64,000 bases of DNA, taken from Azolla caroliniana. Its lineage: Eukaryota > Plantae > Polypodiophyta. The stretch is from the NCBI GenBank assembly GCA_043228905.1, contig JBHGNT010000009.1, forward strand, positions 19,840,001-19,904,000. Reading direction: 5' to 3'. The notes beneath the pieces were generated by a model. The model was not told the origin of the DNA. It saw only the letters and a program-made list of their open reading frames with translations, and searched no databases. Of the stretch, positions 36,955-48,699 are shown in pieces; position 1 is the stretch's first letter, and each line of letters begins with the position of its first letter. The translations under genes were made by a program, and so were the position numbers.

Positions 36955-39900
36955 TGTTGAGAGACAAGCTCAACATTTGTGCGTAATCCGATGTGTAAAA
37001 CCGGTACGCAGACCGGTGTGTAGGAAGGCCGTATCGGTGCGTAGACCGAAAGGCCGTTAGAAAGATATTCCTCGTAAGGAATAGTTTTGGGAGTAAGAGT
37101 CGAGGCTCATTTATGAGCAGTCAAGTACTGTCAGTACTTGTGTCAGCCCATTGTAAGGGCTTGTATAAATGTGCTCATTGAGCACATCCTATGTACAGAT
37201 TGAGTTTATCGTTTTGAATTAAGCTCTTGTGCTTACTCTCTCTCTGTCTCTCCCGTGCGTACTGAGCAAACCTAAGCTTGCCATTAAACCTGCGTTTTCT
37301 GTTGTTCGGATTTCCTATATTGCTTCTGCACGCCATTCTTTTCATGGTATCAGAGCGAGTCGGTTGAGAACCTCTGCTGCAGACATCTACGCTTGTGAAG
37401 GAAACCCTAACAAATCGAAAAATAGACACACAAGAAAACCGATGGACAGAGGTATGGCTAGCTCACTTCCAACAGAGAAGCTCGACAGAACCAACTACGC
37501 ATCTTGGTCCTACAAGATGCACCAGTACCTGCTCGGACACTGTTACTGGAGCTATGTCGATGGAGCAAATGACACAGCACCCGATTTGACACACAAAGAC
37601 TTCCCAGCGTGGGAACAATCGGCAAGCAGAGTGTTGTATTGTTTCGCGTCTTGTGTGGGCGAACAACTGTTAAGCTACGTTCGGGATGCAAAAACGCCGA
37701 AGGGTGCGTGGGAAAATCTGAAGAAGATCTTCGTTGCGAGCACCACAGCCAGGAAGCTTCAGCTTCGACAGGAGTTGAGCAATCTACGACAACGCGATTT
37801 GTCGATGGTTGACTATACCTCGAGGATTAAGAACATATGCGACTCCTTAGCTTCCATCGAGGAAAGCAAGATGGTTCAGGCCTGTCTCGAGGGTTTGGCG
37901 TCGAAGTTCGGGGCGTTCCGAACTGCTGTGTGTACCCGGGAGAATACGTCGTCCTTTTTCGACTTACAGTCGATGCTCCTGGTAGAGGAGAACCACGCGG
38001 GTGCGTCAACAAGCATGCATACCAACAACAAGATGTTGTACACGGAGGGAGATAGCCCCCGTGGTCGTGGCGAATGAGGCGGCCGACGGGATCAAGGAAG
38101 AAGGCACCGAAGTGATGCCGAGAGCAATTCCATACCTTCCGAAAACAGGGGGAGTCAAGGTGACGAGAACCGGCAAGGGAAATCCGTCGTGGAATGCTGG
38201 TATTGTGGCAAGAAAGGCCACAAGGAGAGCGAGTGCTGGAAAAAACGCGCCGATTCGGAGAGAACCGGGTCCGGAACATGCTCCAGACAGACCGAGAGAG
38301 GAAATCGGCAACGATCACACTATGCCAAAGGATTCGGAGAACCCAGAAAAGGGTCAATCTTCGTGATGAGACACGAAGCAAACTCAATGAAGCAGACAAT
38401 CCCCGAAATTGGACGAGGTGTGGTACGTCGACCCCGGTGCATCAAATCACATGATGAGCCATAAGGAGTGGTTCTCGTACCTAGAAAAACCGATGCAACC
38501 AAGAGTAGTCGCAACCGGAGACGACACTCCGCATCGATCACGAATGTTAAAGAAGTTCCCCTAATCCATGTCAGGCAGAAAGGGAAACTCATGAACGTGC
38601 TACACGTTCTGACAATAACGAAGAACTTGGTGTCGGTCGGACAGATCGTCGACCAATGGATGGAGGTCCGGTTTACGCACCTCAGGTGCTTCATTGAGGA
38701 AGAAGGCCGTATTATTGCGCAAGGGCGCAGAGATGGGAGGATGTTTATCCTCGACTCTACTGACGGTGGCACCGCAATGTTCGCGAAGGGAAAAAAAGTC
38801 AAGTCGGACATCGACTTATGGCACAAGTGAATAGGCCACGTCAACTACCAGCGGCTTCAAGACCTGCAATCGAAACAAGTGGTGTTCGGATTGCCCAAAT
38901 TTAGTGGCCGGAAGGCACAAATTTGTGAAGCCTGCTAGCTTGGGAAGCAACACCAACTTCCTTTCCCCAACGAGCGTAACTGGAGCCGGAACAAGCTCGA
39001 CTTGATACACTCTGATGTGTGGGGGCCGGCACAAAATGTTAGTCTTGGCGGGAGCCGATATTTTGTCTCCTTCATCGACGACTACACATAGCACACGTGG
39101 ATCTACCTCATTGAGAGGAAAAGCGAAGTCTTCGACTGTTTTCGAGACCTAAAAGGGTTCGTGGAAACGGAAACAGGAAGAAGGATCAAGTGCCTGGGGT
39201 CGGAAGAATACTTTTCCGGTCAGTTCACCGGTTATCTACAACAGATGGGAATTCGGCACAAATTCAGTTGTAGATACACGCCGGAGCAAAACGGCGTGAC
39301 CGAGAGAAAAAATCGGTCGGTTGTGGAAGCGGCACGGGCAATGCTGGAGGAGAAAATCTTGCCCAAGTTCTACTGGGCCGAGGCGGTAAGGACCGCGGTA
39401 TACATCCAGAACCGGATCCGAGAAAAAGTGTCAGCGCACGAGCTTTACTTCGGAATGAAGCCGAACTTGCGACACCTACGAGTTTTCAGTAGCATTGTGT
39501 ATGTGCATGTGCCGAAGGAGAAAAGGAGGAAGTTGGACGCAAAAGCTAAGAAGTGTATCTTGCTCGGCTATTCGGACAAGCAGAAGGGTTATAAGTGCTA
39601 TAACCCACGTACCAAACAAGCGCGCGTGAGCCGCGACGTTGTGTTTGATGAGTCCACGTCCTGGTACTTGCCTCCGACTCCGGATCTCACCTCCAATCTG
39701 AGTTCTGACGATGAGGACAGCGAGGCCAAGGTGCCAAACCCTCAGCCTGAAATCGGGAACCCCTAAGCGAGTCTGATTTTGTTTCGGTTAAGTGGACCGA
39801 ATGGACGACTGAGTCGGTACGACCAGTCCGATGAAGAGCCGGCGAGTAGTGAAGACTCGGCCGTGCATTCCCCGCGTAGGAAGCTGAGGAGACGGCTTAC

Positions 39901-41693
39901 GCGCAAAGAGAAAGGGAAGAAGAAGATGTCGGATTCCGGCACGGATAGGAACGAGTCAGTCCGATGCGAGTCCGACTCCGAGGGAAGCGGCGACGGGCCT
40001 TCAGGAGCGAAGTCCGCGTCGGCCGAGAAGACCTCGACATCGGCTAATGACCGATTACGCCGATCTACCCGCCAAAAGAACCCAATTGTGCGGTTCGGAT
40101 ACAACGAGTACATGGCGCATCATTATCTACTTAACAATCACCCGACCCGATCTCAGTTATCCGGTCGAGGTGATCAGTCAGTTTATGGCGCGACCTACCG
40201 AGGAGCACCTTCAGTGTGCACAACGCGTACTGCGGTACGTAAGCGGCACTAAGGACCGGGGACTCCTATATCGGACCGATACAGCCCCGCAGTTGGTCAG
40301 CTACACCGATGCCGACTGGGCCGGCAATGTCGTCGATCGCCGATCCACGTCCGGATACGCGTTCTCTCTTGGGAGTGCCGCGATCACGTGGAGTAGCAAG
40401 AAGCAGCCGACAATTGCACTGTCGAGCACCAAAGCTGAGTACCGAGGAGCGGCTATCGCGACATGCAAAGCCATATGGTTGAAGCGGCTACTTAAGGATC
40501 TACAGGTGGAGGTGTCCGATCCGACGACCAACTACTGTGACAACCTCAACAGCATCCAACTCGCGAAGAACCTCGTCTTCCACGCACGGACCAAGCACAT
40601 TGAGGTGCACTACCATTTTGTCCGTGAGCGTGTCCTTTCTTGTGAAGTCGAACTTCAGTATGTTTTGACAGATCGGCAAACCACCGACATCTTCACCAAG
40701 CCTCTTGGTCTGGACAAGTTACGGCAATTCTCGGGTGCTCTTGGGTTGCGTCACCTCGACGTGCCAAACTTGAGGGGGAGAAACGTCCCAAATGACCACA
40801 AAAGGGAGCAGGAAAGGAGCGGAAAAGACCGTGGTGCCGAGTCGAATGACGAATTCGACCTCGGATCGACTGAAGAAGCCGAGTGCGGATCCGCGGAAGA
40901 GTCCGAAAGCGGACATAAGGGGAGTAGCCAAAAGAAAATGCCGGAGCCAACCAAGCATGGGCGAGATGACACCGTCAAGGGCGAGAAAACCGAAGACGAG
41001 TTGGAGACAGCCAAATCGGACGAGAGCGAAAACCGATCGGAGATAGCCGAGTCGGTTCGGATGTTTGATTCAGGTACACTGAATCAACCGAGGACCAAGC
41101 GGAAAAGAAGGCAGCAAGAGAAGCGCCAACACCGCATCAGCAAGGGAGCTATGAAGGGTGGTGGGAACAGACAAGCTGACCAGAAGGGTCGAAGCGCGTG
41201 GAGTCGAACAGGCCGAGGAGCGCGAGTGAGGCATGGAGCCAAGAGAAGCCGGAGCGTAGGTCCGGCAGAGCAGGCGGAACCTCAAGTTGAGCTTGAGGGG
41301 GAGTGTTGAGAGACAACCTCAACATTTGTGCGTAATCCAATGTGTAAAACCGGTACGCAGACCAGTGTGTAGGAAGGTCGTATCGGTGCGTAGACCGAAA
41401 GGCCGTTAGAAAGATATTCCTCATAAGGAATAGTTTTGGGAGTAAGAGTCGAGGCTCATTTATGAGCAGTCAAGTACTGTCAGTACCTGTGTCAGCCCAT
41501 TGTCAGGGCTTGTATAAATGTGCTCATTGAGCACATCCTATGTACAAATTGAGTTTATCGTTTTGAATTAAGCTCTTGTGCTTACTCTCTCTCTGTCTCT
41601 CCCGTGCATACTGTGCAAACCTAAGCTTGCCATTAAACCTGTGTTTTCTGTTGTTCGGATTTCCTATATTGTTTCCGCAGGTCATTCTTTTCA
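36955..41693 (+). mobile_element. Ty1/copia with 390-bp LTRs and an internal deletion of the RT core
   Basis: LTRs 36955-37344 and 41304-41693; TSD AATAT; PBS TGGTATCAGAGC at 37345; PPT; gag KLDRTNYASW; knuckle CWYCGKKGHKESEC; INT; RH; junction at about 40122. Confidence 0.95.
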
Positions 41694-41920
41694 AATATTA
41701 ATAAAATAAATAAACTATATTCGTGGGATTCACGAGGTTTCTATATCCTTCTCTTTCAATCGAAATTCATATTCTTTCACTATACTCATGGGATTCACGA
41801 GATTCATATCGTTCTTTCTTATAATCTATTCATATTCATAACTAAACTCGTCTCAAATTCTTCCTCCTCCTAGTCCAAAACCCTAGCAGTTCCCACCCGA
41901 CTCACACAACGATCCAGCGC

Positions 41921-42993
41921 TGTCGTGAAGATTTTCGGCAATAGTGTGAAAATCCCATAAAACATACAAAATCGAGTATGCATCACATAATACAATAATT
42001 GTGAAGATTACATTTTAAATAAATTTAATATCTATGTACAAAATGATGGAGGTTTTGAATGCACTTTATTACACGAGAAACAGACAACTAAATGTCAAGA
42101 TATGAGGGTATAAAGTTTGTGAAAGGAAAAGAGAAAATTGTGAGATATCCCACATAGGCACGACAAATACGGCTCTCATCATATATAAGGTAGAGCAAAA
42201 GATACTATCTTTGTGTCTATGTGTGTATCATAGAGAGTTCAAGGTAACTTGAACTCAGAGTGGAGGTGGGCTAGGTACTCGTAAAGGGTTTTGGCCAACC
42301 AAAACCGGACCGGCGATGGAGCCGGTGATCCGGCGCTAGTGAGACACTAGCATCCGACGGCGAGGCACCGGTAACCAACGGCATCCGGCGATGACAAGGT
42401 GACGGTATCCGGCGAACCGGCGTCCGGTGACTAGATAAATAAATATATATACATATATACATATACAAGGAGGGCAAGTAAGGATTCGAACCTTGCACCT
42501 CCGAGTTAGGAGTCAATTGGCTTACCATTAAGCCATGCCATTTAGTTGAATTTATATTTCTATCATTGTACTTTTACATGTAAATTCTCATACATTAGAG
42601 CTAAAATGAGTGACATGGTTATCATGCACCACATGTAATACACAAGCGCCAAATGGCAAACATGCATTTTATGCATGTCTTGTACCCTCACATGCATCAT
42701 ATGCATGAGAGCATCTATAAAAGAAGGAAGGGGGAGGAGAAAAAACACGTTTTTTTTTTGTTATGAAATTAAGAAGAAGAAATTCGTTATCAAATTGATG
42801 GTGTAACTTGTTTCTTAAATCCAAAGATAAAAGTTCAATCAATCTCTCTCAATCGTTTAATCTCAACTTCTCTCTTTCCCAATCTATCTTAAGTACTTTC
42901 TCGCCAAAGCTTGTACCGACTTTGAATCCTTCCGGTCCAGAACCCCGGCGGTTCCGCCTCACGATCTGCGCGTAGTGGCGGATCTTCACGACA
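41921..42993. mobile_element. Family B element (reverse orientation relative to 4518)
   Basis: TGTCGTGAAGAT...ATCTTCACGACA; TSD GCGC/GCGC. Confidence 0.9.
42470..42540 (-). pseudogene. Best-preserved tRNA-like module
   Basis: GGCA-TG-GCTT-AATGGT-AAGC (D arm) ... AAGG-TTCGAAT-CCTT (T arm) ... TGCC; the anticodon stem does not pair. Confidence 0.7.
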
Positions 42994-43944
42994 GCGCCGA
43001 AAGGCACGACAACGTCTTTACCCCTCTAGACATATGAGATGTGATTCTAGATCCGATAATTATGGTAACACTATAGTATTTTAAAAACCATGGGGGAAAA
43101 CATAGCTAAGATGTCTTTCTCGGATCTCTATCTTGAATAATCATGGCGGACCCCCAAGGGTCAACCATGGTTCTACCATCAATGTAATTTCCTAGTTAGC
43201 ATTATATTAATTTGTCAACCTAGCATGTATTGGCATGATCAAGAAAGTGTATTATGTGCAAAAACAAGTGCACTTGCAAGTAGTTTTGTAGTCTTGCGAC
43301 TTAAAAGCAAATATTATGAAAAAAAAGATAAAAATAAGTCACCACCTATAAGAGACAAGAAGTGACGAAAACAAGGCTCAAAAAACCATGTGTTACCTAC
43401 TAAAAAAATGTCTCAAATAAATGGAAGGTGCGATGTATGCACATATCCATCTAAACAGGGTGATAGTAATTTGCACAATTTGCACATATCCATCTAAATA
43501 GGTACGATGTATGCGCAAAGATGTAGTACTCAGATATGTGGAAAACATCATAGGTGAACTCATTTGTTTTTAATCAAGTTCTAAGGCTTGATTACATTAC
43601 TTCAACCTAGATGACACTTTGGGAAAAATGTTTAAAAAGTGGCCTGATGCCCACTCAATAGAAAAAAATAATCTACACGGAATTGTTACACCATAAGGAA
43701 ACACACGTAAATAGTGTAGATGAACAAGAAAATTAAGGGTAAGAAAGAGAGTTAATTGTGGGTGGGTAAATGATAATTACAAGACAATCTTAAGAAAGTA
43801 GGAAGACAACTTGCGTAATTAGAAAATAATTAGAATAATAATCAAATAGGTGTATGAAACAATAAGCATGCCCTAAGGTAAGACGCCCTAGGGTAGTTGA
43901 CATGCACCTCGTCAAGACCACACAATCCCATAGAATGGGCCAAA

Positions 43945-44180
43945 AGATGGCTCGATAAAGGGAAGAGTGGCATAGATAACACCATATGTAAATGGGCCAT
44001 GAGGTGAGCATGTGCGATTAGTGCAAACACGCTCGACCCAATGCATAATAATTATTATTATCGTAAGAGATGGCTCAATCAAGGGGAGAGTGGTACATAT
44101 AACGCAATATGCAAAAGGGTCATGAGTTGAGCATGTGTGATTAGTGCAAACACGCTCAACCCGATGCACAATAAGAATTA
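43945..44180. repeat. Two-copy ~125-bp tandem duplication
   Basis: GAGCATGTG.GATTAGTGCAAACACGCTC.ACCC occurs twice. Confidence 0.7.
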
Positions 44181-47100
44181 AAATCGTATCATGGTAGCAA
44201 AGAAGAAAGAAAGAAAAGAAAACATAATACAAATTTCATGCGACCAAGAATAACACTTCATAGAAAAGAAGAGAGAGATCGAGAAAGAAGAATATCGGGT
44301 TTAGAGTGTTGTTTTGATCTTGAGAAGACCATGACGTGCCTTATTAGATCCCCATCGATCACAGAAAGAACATCAAAACAATAACAAAAAATTGTTAGTA
44401 GATGCTTTGATACCACTTTTAAGAGTCTAATATTAATCAATAGATCAATAAAGTAAAATAAGTTAAATAGATTGGATAGAAGAACCCATTCCACCCAACC
44501 ACCCCTGAGCTATGATCAAGACATAGTCAACCTACCACTAGCATCCCATAGTGCCGGATATTAGGGTGACTAATAGCTTGGAAGAGATAACATGATCGTC
44601 GTGACGAAAGCCTTGCCCGCACCACTGGTGTCTAAGAAAACAGACTTCCGACGTATGTTCTTATGAGGGTAGCCTAGCCCGCACCACCTCTTCTTAGGCC
44701 CCTTGAATAGATGTGCCTTTCTAAAAGAGTCTCCATTCATTGGTTGTCAAGATCATGATAGTGCATGAACCTATCATTCCTCCTATTCAATCACATTAGT
44801 CCCTTTCAAAAATTAGTGAACATACCCTTCACTTATGTAAATATTAGTGACCTACCATCACCTACGTTATGTACACGCACATAACACATAAGGGCTGAGA
44901 TGGCACATACGATAAGTCCTAAAATCGAAGGATCCTTAGATTTGTAGGGAGTGCAAAGTCGAACAAAGCCCAAACTCGGGATGACAAAGGAGCTCCCCCT
45001 TGCTTAACCTCCTTCAAATCTTACAATTCTTTGATTCAATCCTAGGCTCTCAAGAACCTTCAAGGGCTCCTCTTCTTGTCCTTAATGCCCAAAAAGGCAT
45101 TTTACCTCGTTACAACTCAAGTATGATGTACCCTTTCTCATAATAGAAAAAACAAAAACCACAATCAACTAAAACTCCAACAACTCTTTGTAATAGAGGA
45201 CTGAACCTCTAAAATTTTGTATACTCAAAATAAGCTTCCCAAGCTTTCCAACAAGCTATAACTCAGTAAGTTTTGGGAAACTTTATGACTGTCAACTGTC
45301 TTGCACAAAACAGACCAAAAATCCTATCCAAATAGGCAACTTGCATCTATATCTACGTTTCAATCACATACAGTTATGAATATACCAAAATTAGATAAGA
45401 TAACATTTAAGCTTAGTATACTCAAGAATAATGACAATTTAAGCTTGGCCCATCGGGATGTCTTTTTGTGGGAAGAACAAGATAGAAATGATCTAAATGC
45501 TCTAAAAAATGGCTAGTGCATATTATATAACAAAAGAGGATCACGAATTTCAAAAGCTTAGAATCCTTTTAAGATTATTATGAGAGTATAGTGTGGAAGG
45601 TCTATAATGAGAATAAGGCTTTTGTAAACTTTGCCCTAAACATTAGCAAGGCTCTTGAAGTTGGGAGTTATGATAAGGTGAGGAAATGTCATTGATGTAA
45701 GTAAAAACCTCTTATTTGGGGATACTTCAAGTGGAGAATGGTATGACAAATACAATAACCAAATACATTATTTGTAGACATATGTCTATAGGTATTGCTA
45801 CTAGCTTAAAATCACCAATATTTATCTTCTAAGCCTTATTTGGTAGGAAAAAACATGTGGTGATATAACATAAGGTAATATTGGTACGGGACAATGGTGG
45901 CATTTTATGTTCCAATCTTGTCCTCTCTTCAATATGGTTACGCATCCTCAAACCGTTTTTTCATAATCTTAAAATTCACTGATTATCATTAATATTTTGA
46001 TTCATAATTTTGAGTGTTTGTTATGCCACAAATTGACACTTGATGTGCTTTGAGTTGGCATACTCCCACTCCACCAAAATCTTATGAGTAGAAATGTTGT
46101 TTCTTACTCTGCAACCTAGTTTATCTTTTTTACTCTTATTTTCTTGTGAGCACCAATGTTCTCGTCTTGAGAGTGCCTCTTGTCCTCCCAAATATTTAAA
46201 CCATGTTGTAAGGATATTAATGTAGTCGAATCATTGATTTGATTCTAATTGTTGGTGTTTGTGGTGGATAATAAAGCTTTAAGGCCAACTTATGAGTCAC
46301 TACACATAGCTAAGTTGCAATAAAACCTCCACGGGGTTAGCAAGTGATTTCTTCACATTATAGAAACTAAGCAAGAATCAAGGCAAAAGTTCTACAAACA
46401 GTAGGAAGATTGTAAACAAAGATATTGTGGCAAAATTACTTCACATTTCTATAATTATTGTGCAAAGATATAGGTACCAAATACCTTTCTTCAAGGACAA
46501 TAAGGAGATCCACCTTCTTATTGGGTTGAAGAGTTCGCATTGGGTTTGCCAATTAGTCTTTGCCACCATTTGCACAATGTGTATTTAAGTAGCGTGAGAA
46601 AAAGTATTTGATTAGGAAATTTTGGTCGCTTTGATTAACTAAATAATTGATAATCTTATGTACGAAAAATGTAGGTAGGAATGTAAATCTTTGATAAAAA
46701 GAAAATTGAGCATATTTTTGTTTCCTTCATCGCAAGACTTTACTAAACCATTTAGTGATACCAAATTCTTGTTTATTGCCTCATGCTTGATTGGTTTTGG
46801 AGAAAACTACTTTATCATTGAATGGATATTTACCAAAATACTCCAAGTTTCTATGATTTACAATGATAGCACCCCCCCCCCCCTTGTAAGTTATAGTTGT
46901 AAATTTTGCTTTATACATGAGTAATCTTGTAACGTTTGAAAACTTAGAAGATTAAGATCTTTAAACCCCTTAGTGATATACATAGAGAGTTAATATACGA
47001 TGAGTTTTGACCAAACCTTGAATCCTTATGGAATATCATTTTTCATCAAGGATTATTGGAATTAGTTGCACAGTAATTTGATAGCTCACCTAATTTCCAA

Positions 47101-48699
47101 AGTTGATGTCTTGATGTCTATGACACAAATGCAAAAAATTTTGTGTCATTGTCCCAAAGAATATATAATACTACATTTGTAATGGCAGCATGAGCATTTT
47201 TGTACCGTTGTCCTAAAGAACCTATAATACTACATTTGTAATGGTAGCTTGGAAGATTTAGGTAAATATTCTATCAATTTATTTGTTTTGTGTAATATAA
47301 TACTTAAAGTGACCTATCTAATAGAATGGAAGATTTACAATTCATGAATGAATGCATCGAATTTCTTTACTGATACTGAAAAATTATGGTATATGAAGCT
47401 TGATACATCCAATACCCACCATTCAAAGAAGAATATTAAACCATGTTCTGCAAAGTGGGTTAAGTTTCTACAAAGAATACCACCCTTTGATAGGAGGCTT
47501 GATGATGGATAATGAATTTGGAATAATCGAAAAACAAAACAATCCCTTAAAAAAGTTGATGGGAATTGTACGTGGGACTTGGTACCCTTGGATGCAACAT
47601 GGTTAAAAGAAGGTTATGTTACATCCCACAAGTGAGACTTTGAATTAGGCATGTCAATAATAAACTCATGTATTTCCTTTTGTGTAAATTGATGACTATG
47701 CTTAACTTTTGGAAAGACAAAAAAAACATAAACATAATCCAAAATGTCAGTGATGGCTCCCCCATTACGAGAAATCTTGCATTGTTAGATACAAACGATT
47801 TGGGCACAAGAAAAAACCATCTCACCAATGTATGTAGACATTCTAAAGGCAAATAATTTGTATAGCAAAATGCCAAGAAAAACATATAGCATGTCTCATT
47901 CCTAATACTTTTCCTCGTGCCATTCCCATCTATTTTACATGCTACAATCTTCACAAATGTCATACAAGCGAGGCTGTTTTCAAACTAGAGAGGCACATTC
48001 TCCCTTCGAATCCCACACTTATTTATAACTTATCATCTGATATATCCGAACTTCAAACTTCTGTTCACAACGTGATTGCTCCCCTCAACACAAAGCCACT
48101 ATTGACCATCACTATAGAACACATGATGTAACCAAAATGACATAAATATCACCACATGAAGTAAACCAAAATGATGACAACAAATATCATCTTGTCAAGC
48201 ATTACTTACCCAAAAATACCAATGCCTTGCATTTATCCCAAAACACATTCTAATTGCGGCATATCCAAACACCGTGATTGAAGTTGGCAACAAGGCACCT
48301 AAACCAGATATTTTTTCCAGAATTATGATAAAAATGTATATATTAGAAACAAGACAATATATATCTTTCATGCTCTCAATACAATCCATCTCATCTTTTA
48401 ATTCAACTTTCGGGAAGTTTCAGCAATACACATTTCCGATATGTATGTGAACGCCAAGACATAACACAAACTAATCTAGAAGTGTTACAAGATAAACTAG
48501 ATTACCATATGTACATCTATATGTGAAGCCATTCCGCATGCATCGTGCATGTGAGAAGAAAACATCAGTCGGTTCTCAATTCATTTTGTCAATTGTATGA
48601 AAATTTCATAGATATATTAACTCAAAACTTTGCCTCGTTTTAACTGGGCAAGACGAAACTCTACAAATCCACGCAGCCTTACATGTATACAAATTGCTT

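Larger units (their letters stand above)
36361..43011. mobile_element. Family A element (reverse orientation) interrupted by a copia and a family B element
   Basis: TGTCGTACTG...GGCACGACA; TSD ATGT/ACGT; tRNA-like module at 36455-36528 (-). Confidence 0.85.

Noticed and set aside
42470-42540. Functional tRNA gene
   Set aside because: The anticodon stem is unpaired, the acceptor stem is partial, and the putative anticodon differs between copies (CCT versus CTC)
36361-43011. 5' LTR of the adjacent gypsy
   Set aside because: It has its own TSD (ATGT/ACGT), and no PBS is visible next to it
43012-48600. Genes or definable elements in the AT-rich interval
   Set aside because: Only short ORFs without motifs and faint TE-like remnants; boundaries cannot be supported by eye
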